From Diplonema japonicum (taxonomy: Eukaryota > Protista > Euglenozoa: Diplonemea), in contig OZ025670.1 in assembly GCA_964019335.1 (NCBI GenBank), positions 496,001 through 560,000 on the forward strand: 64,000 nt of DNA, in the 5' to 3' direction. A model generated the notes under the pieces. The model had not been told where the DNA came from. It did no database searches and saw only the letters and a list, made by a program, of their open reading frames with translations. Of this stretch, positions 44,987-56,139 are shown one piece after another. Every line of letters begins with the position of its first letter. The first letter of the stretch is position 1. Made by a program: the position numbers and the translations under genes.

Positions 44987-45124
44987 CACAGCGTTCAAGG
45001 GGCACGGGGAGCATGGTACCTATCCAACATGCGTGCTCACTCGGAATGTCCACTGTCTGTGTTATTACAGTTTTGTTTTTAGGTATTTCTCGTACTTTAT
45101 TTGCAGGCATTACAAAGACACAAA

Positions 45125-47199
45125 ATGGGAAAAGGATGTGGTAAGAAGAAGAAGACCCCTGCCCCTTCGGGGAAGAAGGCCGATAAGAAAGAGGAGGAGG
45201 CGCCCTCCACCAAGGGAGGTGCCATGTCGAAGACCGGTGCCGTCACCAACTACGCGCCCCCCAACTACGACGAGCAGGACAGGAACGTCAAGGTTAAGTC
45301 TGTCGATATCAACTACCACGGGAACAACATTCTTGTTGAGGCTGAGCTGAACCTTGTTCAGGGCAGGCGTTATGGTATGTGAAATGTGCACAACGCAAAC
45401 CAACAGGTCTGCTTGGGTCCAACGGGTGCGGTAAGTCAACCCTGCTGAACGTGATGGGAGCAGGCGAGATCGAGATGCCTCCCAGGGTGAACGTCTTCCA
45501 CTTGAAGGAAGAGGTTGGTGCCACTTCGGTGTCTGTCTTGGAGACCGTGATTTCCGCTTCTGACGAGCAGGAGAAGCTTGAGAGGGTATGTTTGGTTACA
45601 TGGCGACAAACTTACACGCAGGAACTCGACGAGCTTCAGAACATGGGCGATGATGACCAGGCGCAGCTTCGCATGGATGAGATCTACGAGAGGCTTGACG
45701 AGCTCGAGGCTGACCCTGCTGAGTACAGGGCCGCCCGTATTCTTGCCGGTCTGGGTTTCACTCAGCCCATGCAAGAGCGACCCACTTCCTCGTACTCTGG
45801 TGGTTGGAGGATGCGTGTCGCACTTGCCCAAGCCCTGTTCATCAACCCTTCTCTCCTGCTTCTTGACGAGCCCACCAACCATCTTGACATTGAGGCCATC
45901 GTGTGGCTTGAGAAGTACCTCGCTGCGTTCAAGGGCATCCTCCTCATGACTTCCCACTCTCAGGATTTCATGAACGCCATCTGCACCAATGTCCTCCGAA
46001 TGAGCAAGGGTGCTCTCACATACTACACAGGTAACTACGACTCCTACGTGCAGCAGAGGGCTGCCAACGAAGAGAACCAGCAGAAGAAGAGAGACAGTGA
46101 GCAGGCGCAGATTGCCCACATGAAGGACTACATTGCTAGGTTCGGTCACGGTTCCGCGAAGCTTGCCAAGCAGGCTCAGTCGAAGGAGAAGGTGCTTGAG
46201 AAGATGATGAGGGGCGGTCTCACTGACGAGATCGAGAGGGACGCACAGGTTAACTTTTATTTCCCCGACGGCGGTAAGCTTCCCCCTCCCGTCATTGCCT
46301 TCAACGACGTGGGATTCAAGTACCCCTCCATGGACAAGCCGCTGTACTCGGACGTGAACTTCGGTATCGATCTTGACTCGAAGATCTGCCTTGTCGGACC
46401 CAACGGTGCTGGTAAGACTACCCTCATGCAAATGATCACCGGTGAGCTCGAGGAGACTGATGGGTACATCCAGCGTAACCCCCACACTGTTATCGCGAGG
46501 TTCGCGCAGCACGCCGTCGACCAGCTTCCCCTTGACAAGAACCCCATGGAGGTATTACATCTTTGCACAACACCATACACTGCCCACAGTACCACGCTGC
46601 GGAGTACCCCGACACCAAAGACGACACCCAGCACAGGTCTTGGCTTGGGAGGTTTGGTATCTCTGGTAAGGCACAGACTAAGGTTATGGGCGAGCTCAGT
46701 GACGGGCAGAAGTCGCGTGTCACCCTCAGCTGGATGGCGAGGAAAGAACCCCACATTATCCTCCTTGACGAACCTACCAACCATTTGGACATGGTATCTG
46801 CATCACACACCTTTAATGCCCACAGGATTCTATCGATGCTCTTGCATCTGGTCTGAACGAGTTCAACGGTGGTGTTGTCCTGATTTCTCACGACATGAGA
46901 CTGATTGCACAGGTATCATATGCCCCCACCATATTGTTATCGGCCGCTGGCCGAAGTGTAGTTCCCATGGTCTAGTTGGTTATGACGTCGCCTTAACACG
47001 GCGAAGGTCTCCGGTTCGAACCCGGATGGGAATATTTTTTTGCCAAGCAGAACAACTGAAAAAATAAAACCAGGTTTGTGCTGAGATCTGGATTTCGGAA
47101 AATGGTTCCGTGACCCGTTTCAAGGGAGAGATCGCTGACTACAAGAAGCACGTTGAGAAGAGGATCGATGCTGCTTTCAAGAAGCTGAACAAGAAATAA
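45125..47199 (+). CDS. ABCF2: ABCF (ABCF2/Arb1-like) ATPase, spliced; hosts tRNA-Val in last intron
   Basis: [57 protein letters not shown]. The last intron 46913-47073 restores SHDMRLIAQ|VCAEIW. Confidence 0.93.
46961..47034 (+). tRNA. trnV: tRNA-Val(AAC)
   Basis: Acceptor GTTCCCA/TGGGAAT, D arm GTCTAGTTGGTTATGAC, anticodon arm TCGCC-TTAACAC-GGCGA, T arm TCCGG-TTCGAAC-CCGGA, followed by T7. Confidence 0.97.
47035..47041 (+). terminator. Pol III oligo-T terminator of tRNA-Val
   Basis: TTTTTTT immediately after the discriminator A. Confidence 0.75.
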
Positions 47200-47785
47200 A
47201 TATCTTTTTGATCATTTCTCTACTACTGAAACATAAATTAAATTTCTTCTTCCATCTGTTTTTTTCTTTATTTTCTTTTCATTTTTCTTTTCTACCCTTA
47301 TCTTCGTTTGTGATTTAAAAAAGGCAATTAACACGGAAGAAAAGCAAAGCAAAAAAAAAAAAAAAGTAAAAGAAAATCCCTCCATCTCAGATCTCAATTC
47401 TCCTTCTGTGTGACTTCGAGACGAGCATGAGATGACGGTGTCCCTACCCGTTTCCCTATTTATATTTGTGGTTCTCTTTTTTACGTTGCTATCCCTCCCC
47501 TTTTAATCACACCACATGACCTTCATTTCCATCATTTAGAAAAAAAGGACTCGCGTCCTTTGGCACCTTCCCTTCCCATCACTTAATGAAAGAAAAGGAA
47601 GAAAAAAAAGAGAGAAAAAGAAAGGGGGAGAATAGAGTGAAAATTAAGCAAAGGTTAAAGAGAAATAATACAAAAAAAAACTAGAAAAGGGAAAATGGCA
47701 ACATTTCGTTTCCTTTTCAGTCAGCCTTTCTCCTTGTTGTTCTGTCGTCCTTTACTTCTTTTTCCTCTTTGTTTTTCCCCCTTCT

Positions 47786-47830
<45 letters not shown>

Positions 47831-48017
47831 TCTTTTTTAGTTACCTCTCCGTTTCCCCCCGTCCCAACCCTCCACCCCCCTTTTTTTGGTCATTTTCCTT
47901 TGTTTTTCCTTGGTGAGATCGTTGCTAACATTCTTCCTCATCATAGTGCTTTCCTTACCCTTTTCGTATTAACCTCATCTACTTTCTTTCTAACATGACA
48001 TAGAAGATCGAAGACAA

Positions 48018-49238
48018 ATGGAAACGTATGAGGCAAAAGTGCAGACTGTGTTCCTCGACATGGATTCGAAGAAGCTCAAAGTGCTCTCGTTCGATCAATT
48101 CAGCAAGGCTTTAGTGAGGCTGGGGTTGAACATACCAGCGGTTGCAGTGCAGGATCTACACCGGAAGACAGATGTGAATATGGACGGGGTAATTGACTAT
48201 GATGAATGGCAGCGTTTTGCAGAAGCCTACCCGACGCTGCTTGACTGTCTGTATTACCGCATTAAGGACTATTGGTTCAACGTTGCACAGAAGGAAAGCA
48301 TCGCGCACTGTGTCGAGAACATCGCGATCCTACGAGACGAAGAAAACAAAGCCCAGGCAGCCCACCACGCCACTCAAACACAAGTCAACGACTTTGAGAT
48401 GCAGCTTTCCACCCAAGCACAGCACCTCAGCGACGCCAACAACCGCCAGCTCATCGCCGAGTCCACCCTAAACAGCCGCAAACATGACACCACAGAAACC
48501 CGCCGCGTCCTTGACCAGCGCAAACAAGACCTCGCCACATCGAAAGAGAACGAACGTGCAGCCTCGGCCACAATGAAAGAAGCGCAAAGAACGGTCGAAG
48601 CATCCATCAGAAGGGTCCAAAGCCATGAAGCCGCCTTGTCCATCGCGCACGAAAGACAGAAGGAGCTCGAGGCGCTTCTTCAAGAACAGCGAAAGATTGT
48701 AGAACAGCACAGGCTCGAATCCGACAAGTGTCGTTTAGACCTATCTGAAGCTGAAAATATCTCTTTTGAGGCCAGCAGCGTTTGCAGAGAGGCAATACGC
48801 TCCGCTGAACGAGCTAAAGATTCTGTGATCAAGGCAGAGGTAGAGGTGTCTGCAAACGAGCAACTGGAGAATGAGGCAACCCTTGCAGTAGTTAACAGCC
48901 AGGCAGAAGTGAAGAAAGAGATGATACATCTCGAAGAGCTTGGGACTCAGCTCACTCTCGCTAAATGCGATGAATCAAAAGCCAAGCAGCGTATTGAGGA
49001 CCTGAAGGCAAATGTTAGAATGGCTGACAAGGATCTGCAGGAGCTTCAGAGGGAAGAGCACACATTTGCAGGTAAAAGACTGGCTGTGAGCGATGAAGAA
49101 ACGCCTCTCATAGATCAGGAGATGAAGCTGCGGGCGGTGAGGTCCTCACTAGAGAACGAGGAAGCAAAGTTAGTTTCTGACTTTGCGAACTACACAGGCA
49201 GGGTCCCTAGATCGGCTTCAAGACCGACCAAAAGATAG
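48018..49238 (+). CDS. EF-hand plus coiled-coil protein
   Basis: DVNMDGVIDYDEW EF-hand loop followed by a long coiled coil. Confidence 0.8.
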   Translation: METYEAKVQTVFLDMDSKKLKVLSFDQFSKALVRLGLNIPAVAVQDLHRKTDVNMDGVIDYDEWQRFAEAYPTLLDCLYYRIKDYWFNVAQKESIAHCVENIAILRDEENKAQAAHHATQTQVNDFEMQLSTQAQHLSDANNRQLIAESTLNSRKHDTTETRRVLDQRKQDLATSKENERAASATMKEAQRTVEASIRRVQSHEAALSIAHERQKELEALLQEQRKIVEQHRLESDKCRLDLSEAENISFEASSVCREAIRSAERAKDSVIKAEVEVSANEQLENEATLAVVNSQAEVKKEMIHLEELGTQLTLAKCDESKAKQRIEDLKANVRMADKDLQELQREEHTFAGKRLAVSDEETPLIDQEMKLRAVRSSLENEEAKLVSDFANYTGRVPRSASRPTKR

Positions 49239-49489
49239 ATTAGATCCCACACTCAGTTTTTAATTGTAAGTTGTATTTCAGCATCCCCCCTCCCTTTTAT
49301 ATTATGCACAATTCTGCCACGGGCATTGAAGGCTCTCTGTTCTTCACAGCTAGCGTTTCTTAAGGAGTTGCGTACCGAAGTCGCTTTAGTTTCTTCGCGT
49401 CATCGACATCCTGAACCTAATGTACTCGTGTCTACCCGCTACGGGGACCCCTACCTTTGGGGGGGTGAAGTCCGTAGCTGTAACCCCTT

Positions 49490-49790
49490 TCAGCTTTCAG
49501 TGCCGACGGTGTCCTCGATGACGCTGTAGGAGGACTTTCCGTCAAAGGCGATGTGGACAGGCTTCTGTCCCTTCTTCGGTTTCCCAGGCACCGGGTAGAC
49601 GATGAAGGTGTCCCTGAGAAGGTGGCGATGTTGATGTCCACCTGCGTGGCCCTTGCCACTGCCAGCACACAGACCAGATCTACGCTCGCTCCGTCCTTCG
49701 AGTGGGCGACACAGTACTCGTCGAGGCTTCGACCCCGCCACCGCGTACAGTCCGTACCCGTGTAACCCCGCCCGCAGTCTCTCCGCTCTG
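49490..49790 (-). pseudogene. OTU-like cysteine protease C-terminal fragment, frameshifted
   Basis: LDEYCVAHSKDGASVDLVCVLAVARATQVDINIATFSG, then a 1-nt shift in a G-run, then DTFIVYPVPG...PVHIAFDGKSSYSVI. The catalytic His position is Ser. Confidence 0.45.
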
Positions 49791-49952
49791 CTTCTTTTTT
49801 CCTCTTTTCCACTGTGTGGGCTGTACAGCCCCTCCGTCAGCCGATAGCAAGCTACATAGCACCACAAAGGGGATTTTCATTTCGCACAGCAGGAATTATG
49901 CTTCAAAAATAAATTTAACATGCAACACCACAGCACAGGATACACACCACAC

Positions 49953-50833
49953 ATGGCGGAGGTGAATCCCACAGATGAAACGAAGTCCATGTTCGAGCTT
50001 GTCAACGACGAGCTCACAAAGAACCTCCAGGTACGCGGTAATGTCATCTAATATGCACACAGGCGTTCATGGACAACTTACCCGGTCTGGTCTCGAAGTT
50101 CAGTTTATACTTAGAGACTACGAAGACTTTGAACCCTAAGTCGCGCAGAGGGGGGCGAGGGGTATAAAAAAGAGGGGGGAAAGAAAATAAATCTCAGGCA
50201 TTGTCCCCGTTGTTGAAGAGGAAGTCGCCATGCGAAGTATGCGAACCAAGGACCCCGACCAACAAGCCCTCTGTGGCAATCACGGAAGACGAAGAACTTC
50301 ATGCCATGGCTGCTTGTGGAGATATGCACATCATTGAGGAAGAGTTCTTTGCGAAACTAGAAAAGATGAACGAGGGGGTGCCGAAGCTTCCAGAGGACAA
50401 GCTGCTGATGAAGAATATGCACTTCCTGACCTGCGAGGCATATGAGTTGAGAATCGTGCTGTCGGGTGTGTGTGACTGGATCGAGATGCAGATGCCTGCC
50501 ATCAAGTCAGAAGACAACAGGGGAGTTGCCGTGCAGGAGGCTGTCATTAGACACCTTGCGCACATGAGGACCGCTGTGCAAGCCATCAACGAACGCCAAC
50601 GCTCTTACACAGACAAGGTTGCAGAGTACGCGACAAAATACTACAAAACCCCTGAAGCCGGCCGTCAATGGGCTCAAGCCTTCTTTCTCTGGAATCACGA
50701 CTTCTGGGACCAGCTGGAGAGAGACTGGCGCGAGCTCCGCCAGATTGTCACCCTCGCTGGCCGTCTCCTGTCCCTTAATATGGACAGGCTTACTAGGCCT
50801 AGGACTCCCACGCACTCCTTCAACTACATGTAG
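49953..50833 (+). CDS. Proteasome activator 11S, PA26/PA28 family, spliced
   Basis: Activation loop MPAIKSEDNRGVAVQEAV and C-terminal RLTRPR. Introns near 50031-50062 and 50162-50197. Confidence 0.82.
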
Positions 50834-50986
50834 AACAACTTGCATTCTACTGCATAGAGTATAAGCAGTGGAATCGAAACAATGGCCCCTTTTGTTAGGA
50901 TGGTTCAAGTATCTATACAGTTTCGTTTTAAGGTTTTCTTGTTTCCGGGTAACTCAGCCGGTTTCTTTCCAGCAGGGCAACATAAA

Positions 50987-52866
50987 ATGGGGCAGGGTGG
51001 GAGCGCCGAAGTGAAGGGGGCGGCAGGTGAGACTTGTGTCGAGGAAGGGAAAATGGGTGCATGGGTGATGGAAGGACCTGTGGGTGTGGAGAGCTTAACA
51101 GTAAGCAGTAGTGTGGCGATTCCAGAGCCGGGGAAAGGTGAGGCAAGGATAAAGGTTATGGCTGCGGGGCTCAATTATCACGATGTCCGGAGAGCCCACA
51201 CTGAGCTGTCTTACCCAGCAGTCGTGGGGTTGGACGGCGCTGGCATAATTGATGCTCTGGGGCAAAGCTGCGACCACTCGCTCCCTGTGGGATCGAAGGT
51301 GTATTTCACATGCGACTCGAACCAGCCACATGGCACCCTTGCGGAGTACACCATCGTGCGTTCCGACAAGCTCTTCATCATGCAGGAAAACGTCTCTTTC
51401 ACGACAGCAGCGTCCCTTCCGACGGCAGGCTGGGCTGCGTATCTTGCGGTGCACCACAAGCTTCGTGTCACAAAAGGTAAGACCATCTACATCACGGGCG
51501 GTGCTGGGGGTTTGGGGGGTTTTGCTGCCAATATGTGCAAAACAGCTGGTTTGACAGTCATCAGTTCCTGCTCCTCCTACAACACCAGCTACGCAAAAGA
51601 GATGGGTGCCGACTACGTATTGGACTACACATCTGACAACATACCAGAAGAGGTCAGCACCATCACGGATGGGAAGGGCGTCGACTACATCCTGGATATT
51701 GTCGGGAGTGAGTCCGTGAACCAGAACATACAACTCCTGGCACACGGGGGACATGTCTGTACTTCAAATGGCATAGTCACACATAGCAAAGACCTCTTCG
51801 ATAAGGGCGTTTCCGTGCACTACCTACACCTTGACGGGTTGTACATCTCACCTTTCCAAGCACATGAACTGAAGATCCTCGCTGACACAGTCATGCACCT
51901 CACTTCTATCAACCAGCTCAAGACCAACATCGGTGAAGTAGGGAAGTGGACAGATGTCCGTGAAGCTCTCCAAACGCTTTCCACAAGACACATAAGGGGC
52001 AAGCTAGTCATCAATGTTGAGCCGCTGCACACTAAAAGAGCAGAGCAAAAGGCTCTCGCACAGTCCAAAACTTACTTAATCACTGACAAGGCCTCGCTTG
52101 AGAACTTGCTTAAGAGTGCAGCAGCATCAAACCCCAAGGTGGTTGTCTCAGAGGCTGTCTTGGGGTTTGCTGGTAAGACGGTGAAGGTAACTGAAACTGC
52201 AAATGGCCTCGTGAAGTGCTTGCACGCTTCGAGAACCTGCTGGTTGCCTGTTGAGGCGATGACACAGGTATGATTGTCATGCACAGTCCATCTCTTCAGG
52301 TTGAAGACGAGCCGGCTGCTGAGTCAAGTAGCCCCGTTGCTGAGGCTGTCAGCCCACCGCCGGAATCGGAACCATCGCCACAGCAAGAAGTGCAGCCACA
52401 AGTTCCTGATGTCCAACAACAGGCCGCTGTCCCTCAGGAATTATCACCAATGGCGACACAGCCACAGCAGGTGCCGGTAGAACAAACCCCACCGCAGCCA
52501 CAGCAAGTGCACCAAGTGGAGCCACAGCAGCAGCCGCATGTTCAGCCACAGAAGATAGAACAGGTGCAGCAGCCACAGCAAGTCCGGGCAGTGCTCCCAG
52601 AACAGCAGGTGCAACATGTACAGCAGGTACAACCGCATCAGCCCCAAGTGCAGCAGGCTCAGCAGGCACAACCGCATCAGCCCCAGGTGCAGCAGCAGGC
52701 TCAGCAGTGCGCACCACAGTTGCCACAGGTATGGTCTCTATAAGTAGAATACCACTCCATCACACCATCGCAGGCAGGGGGTTACTACATCCCGCCCCAG
52801 TACCTCAAACGCGTGGAGGAGCAGAAAATAGAAGAGCTGAACAGACAGGCGCACTCGAGATTTTAA
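50987..52866 (+). CDS. MDR-family (zinc-independent quinone oxidoreductase-like) dehydrogenase with Gln/Pro-rich tail, spliced
   Basis: AAGLNYHD, GLDGAG, GTLAEY, TGGAGGLG, GADYVLDY, GKLVI; MGQGGS myristoylation-like start. Introns near 52268 and 52729. Confidence 0.85.
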
Positions 52867-53571
52867 TTGTTCTTGACCATAATATCTATCTCGCAAACTG
52901 CAGTGTCCCACCCAACTGCCTCTATTCCATTGTCCACCGAGTGACACCAAGGGTTCACCCCATTCTTCTGTTTTTCTTTGCGTGCATGTAGTTCCAGGAT
53001 ATAAGAAAAGAAAAGAAAAAGAAACCGGGAGAAGTGGCTTGTTTGAAAGATCCAATTTCCTCGTTTCTTTTCTCCCTGGGGTTGCATGTATGGGTATTAA
53101 CTCTTTTTCTTTTTCTTTTCTTTTTTTTTTAACACGAACAGAATATATACGGTATATCTGGGCAAGGAGAGAGAAGAAGATGGGAAGACAAAAGAAGAAG
53201 AAAAAAGATGTCTGATCTTTACCCCCCCCCCCCCCCATGGAAAGAGAGAAGAAAGGAAGCAACAAGAACGAAAGAAATAAGGAAAAGGAAGAAGACGAGA
53301 AAAAAAAAAAGGCTCCTCCTCTTTCCCCAATTCTTCCTTTGTTTACTTTCAAACAAAAATATGGCCCTAAATTCTTAGACTCCCGCAAAATTACAAAAAA
53401 TTGAAAGCCACAAAGACGACCTTGCATCCTTGCATTTACATGAGTTGCGACTGCGTTCTCATGAAGGTGGATCGCAGTGCGAGTCCACATTTCGAAACAA
53501 ACAAATACAAAATGTGTGGGGGGGGGTTTTTTTTTTGGAGGGAATTTAGGGCCACATGTATCACTAAAGGA

Positions 53572-53988
53572 ATGGGGAAAAAGACGCAGAAAGCAAAGAA
53601 TGATCCTGCGTCAGGCGCAGGGAGCATATTGAAGGCGAATGGTCACAAGGACATGGTTGGACTGCCTTGGGACCCGGAGCTATCAAGACAGGGGTTGAGG
53701 ATGCTGGCGGCGTTGGGGTTGGTGATGATGTTCATCGTAATCTACTGGGACATGCAGGAGTCGATGCTTAAGAAGAGCGACCTTGTGGCGACTACAGAGG
53801 AGATCGTTCTCGAAGCGGATGGCATCCAACACACAATCCCCATCGGGACGGAAGGCGTGGTGACTGAAATAACTGGGAACAAAGATGCACCAGCCACAGT
53901 AGAAATCATGGGCGTGCAGTTCGCCGCCCCACGACACACCGTGAAGAGGATTGAAATATCAAAATTCGATTCCGAAACCGGGCTTTGA
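53572..53988 (+). CDS. Small single-TM protein
   Basis: TM LRMLAALGLVMMFIVIYW followed by a short beta-rich domain. Confidence 0.55.
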   Translation: MGKKTQKAKNDPASGAGSILKANGHKDMVGLPWDPELSRQGLRMLAALGLVMMFIVIYWDMQESMLKKSDLVATTEEIVLEADGIQHTIPIGTEGVVTEITGNKDAPATVEIMGVQFAAPRHTVKRIEISKFDSETGL

Positions 53989-54097
53989 AGAAAAAAAAAA
54001 AAAGAATTAAAGGAGACCCGTGAAGCCGGAAGGAAAGTGCGTTTATTTTTTATTTTTATTTTTGTTAGTTTTTATCTTAACACAGAATTTTGGTTGC

Positions 54098-55195
54098 ATG
54101 TCGTACGAAGAGGAAGCAGAGCCCAACCCCTGCGCATGGGCGGCCGCACTCACTTTTGACGACAACGAGATGTTTTCTTCTGTTGACCTCTTCATCAGCA
54201 GGCTAGAGGTTTTACGGCGGATCGAGGTCCACCTTATCTCTTTCATGACAAGCGGCAAGTTAGAGTTCACTGCACACGCGATGGGAAGGCACAATGAGGA
54301 GGTAGGAGCGGGGGGAACCGCACGCATCGGAAAAAAGCTAGCCAAGGTGGGTCGTTCCGCGAAGAAAAAAGCTCAGATCTGCACGGTGCTGGCCTTCGTA
54401 TACAAGCTTGTGCATGAAAACCGCCATGCCACACAGCGCGACGTGTTCTACTGCTTAATACAACACTTCACCACTCAACAGGAGCTCAACCAAACAATAC
54501 AGGACTGTGTCGCGATCTTGTCATGCGGTCGGTTTTCAATGAACATCATGGCAAGCACCAGGGGCTTTGTTGCGGGGTGCATACAATGGAACGACGGAGA
54601 TGGGTGGGTGGATGGTACTCAGACAGTGACTCAAGGACACTGCGTGCCAGGGTACTATTCGGACAATTTCCAGTTGAAAGTAACCGGCAAGTACTTGCTC
54701 GTAGTGGAGAAGGACTGCTTCTTCCAACAGTTCTGCGAGGCACGTATATGGGAGCACCTCCCCTGCACTATCATCACGGGGTGTGGCTTTCCTGACGTTG
54801 GTACACGGCTGCTGGCCAGCAAGATAGCGCACAGCACCCCCCGTCCCATCGTTTTAGGTCTCGTCGACTACAACCCTTACGGTGTTGCCATCCTCATGAC
54901 CTACGTTCACGGTTCCAAAGCCATGGGCCTAGAGGTCTTCCGTAACACGTTCTCTATTAACTGGCTAGGCATCCATGCTACAGAAGCAGCCCTCCACGAG
55001 GGCATGCCCCTCACACCTCAAGACAACACCGTCCGTGATACCCTGCTTGGCCACACAACTCTTCCACACGCGTGGCGCCAGGAGATTTTAAAGATGAACA
55101 AAAAAGTCGAGCTCCAAGCTGTCTACAACTCCTTCCGTTCAGCGGAGAACGTGGCGGCTATCAAGGACAAGGTTGTGGAGGGGAGGTACATTTGA
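54098..55195 (+). CDS. SPO11: Meiotic transesterase SPO11 / topoisomerase VI subunit A
   Basis: TQRDVFY (catalytic Tyr), LVVEKD, TGCGFPDVGTR, LVDYNPYG, KVELQA. Confidence 0.95.
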   Translation: MSYEEEAEPNPCAWAAALTFDDNEMFSSVDLFISRLEVLRRIEVHLISFMTSGKLEFTAHAMGRHNEEVGAGGTARIGKKLAKVGRSAKKKAQICTVLAFVYKLVHENRHATQRDVFYCLIQHFTTQQELNQTIQDCVAILSCGRFSMNIMASTRGFVAGCIQWNDGDGWVDGTQTVTQGHCVPGYYSDNFQLKVTGKYLLVVEKDCFFQQFCEARIWEHLPCTIITGCGFPDVGTRLLASKIAHSTPRPIVLGLVDYNPYGVAILMTYVHGSKAMGLEVFRNTFSINWLGIHATEAALHEGMPLTPQDNTVRDTLLGHTTLPHAWRQEILKMNKKVELQAVYNSFRSAENVAAIKDKVVEGRYI

Positions 55196-55329
55196 CTTTC
55201 CCTAAACTCCAATCTCTCATTTCTTTTTTTGCACCCTTTTTTATAAAAGGTCGTCTTTACTTTATTTACACACGCACCCCGGTCACCTAAGCATCCATTC
55301 TATCTGTAAGGTGAATTAAGACAAGCAAG

Positions 55330-56139
55330 ATGCTGTCCCCACAGCCTCGAATCCCTGCGGCTGCATCATCAGACACGATGGGATCGTGGAACTACAAGGT
55401 AGGCGTTTTTCTAAACAATTTCAAACACCAACAGGTTTTCAGCGAATCAACCCCTACACAGTACGGGCTGTCCGACAGTTTATTGCAAAAGGAATCGGAG
55501 AGCTCATCTGAGGTAGTGGTGCCCATACTCAGGGAGGACTCCATTGAAAAGCACGCGACAGATCAGCAGATTATCAATGAGGTGATGGAGGCCGTGCATA
55601 AATACGAAAGAGAGCTGCGAAACAAGCAGCAAGTTAAGAAACCGAGTGAAGCCCCGGCAGCAAGAGAAAAGAAGCAGGAGAGAGAAAATCAACCGAGCAC
55701 GAAAAAGCCGGAAAAAGTGAAAGAAAAGGCGTTGAAGAGAAAAGCGCCCGTAGATAGAGCCGGGAAGAAAAAAACAGTGAAAAAAGAACGGGATGTCTTC
55801 AGCTTGATGTCGGACGAGGGTGAAGATAAAGCAAAACGGAAGCCACTGAAGCAGAGGAACCATAATGAAGCGAATATCATTACGAGAAAGTATGCCCACA
55901 CCCCTCTAAGTTCATCACACAACAGACCCTCTAAGCTGCAGGTGGTAGGCGGCAGACGGGACAAAACCACTGCGACCCGTAGCTGCAAGCCTCCCGTCAT
56001 TCATCCCTTCTTCGACCTCAAGGAAACAACTCTCACCAACGAGAGTCTCGCGCTCCTCACCTCTTCTCTCAACACACGTTGTTCACGTTACTGGGACAAG
56101 AACCACATAAAAGAATGGTCCCTGAAGATGATCGCGTAG
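55330..56139 (+). CDS. Hypothetical Lys-rich protein
   Basis: 269-aa ORF with a probable 36-nt in-frame intron near 55399-55434. Confidence 0.55.
   Translation: MLSPQPRIPAAASSDTMGSWNYKVGVFLNNFKHQQVFSESTPTQYGLSDSLLQKESESSSEVVVPILREDSIEKHATDQQIINEVMEAVHKYERELRNKQQVKKPSEAPAAREKKQERENQPSTKKPEKVKEKALKRKAPVDRAGKKKTVKKERDVFSLMSDEGEDKAKRKPLKQRNHNEANIITRKYAHTPLSSSHNRPSKLQVVGGRRDKTTATRSCKPPVIHPFFDLKETTLTNESLALLTSSLNTRCSRYWDKNHIKEWSLKMIA

Noticed and set aside
49531-49541. GGAAAGTCCTC on the - strand resembling RNase P/MRP CR-I
   Set aside because: No matching CR-V/P4 partner found, and the sequence is explained as codons of the OTU-like relic.
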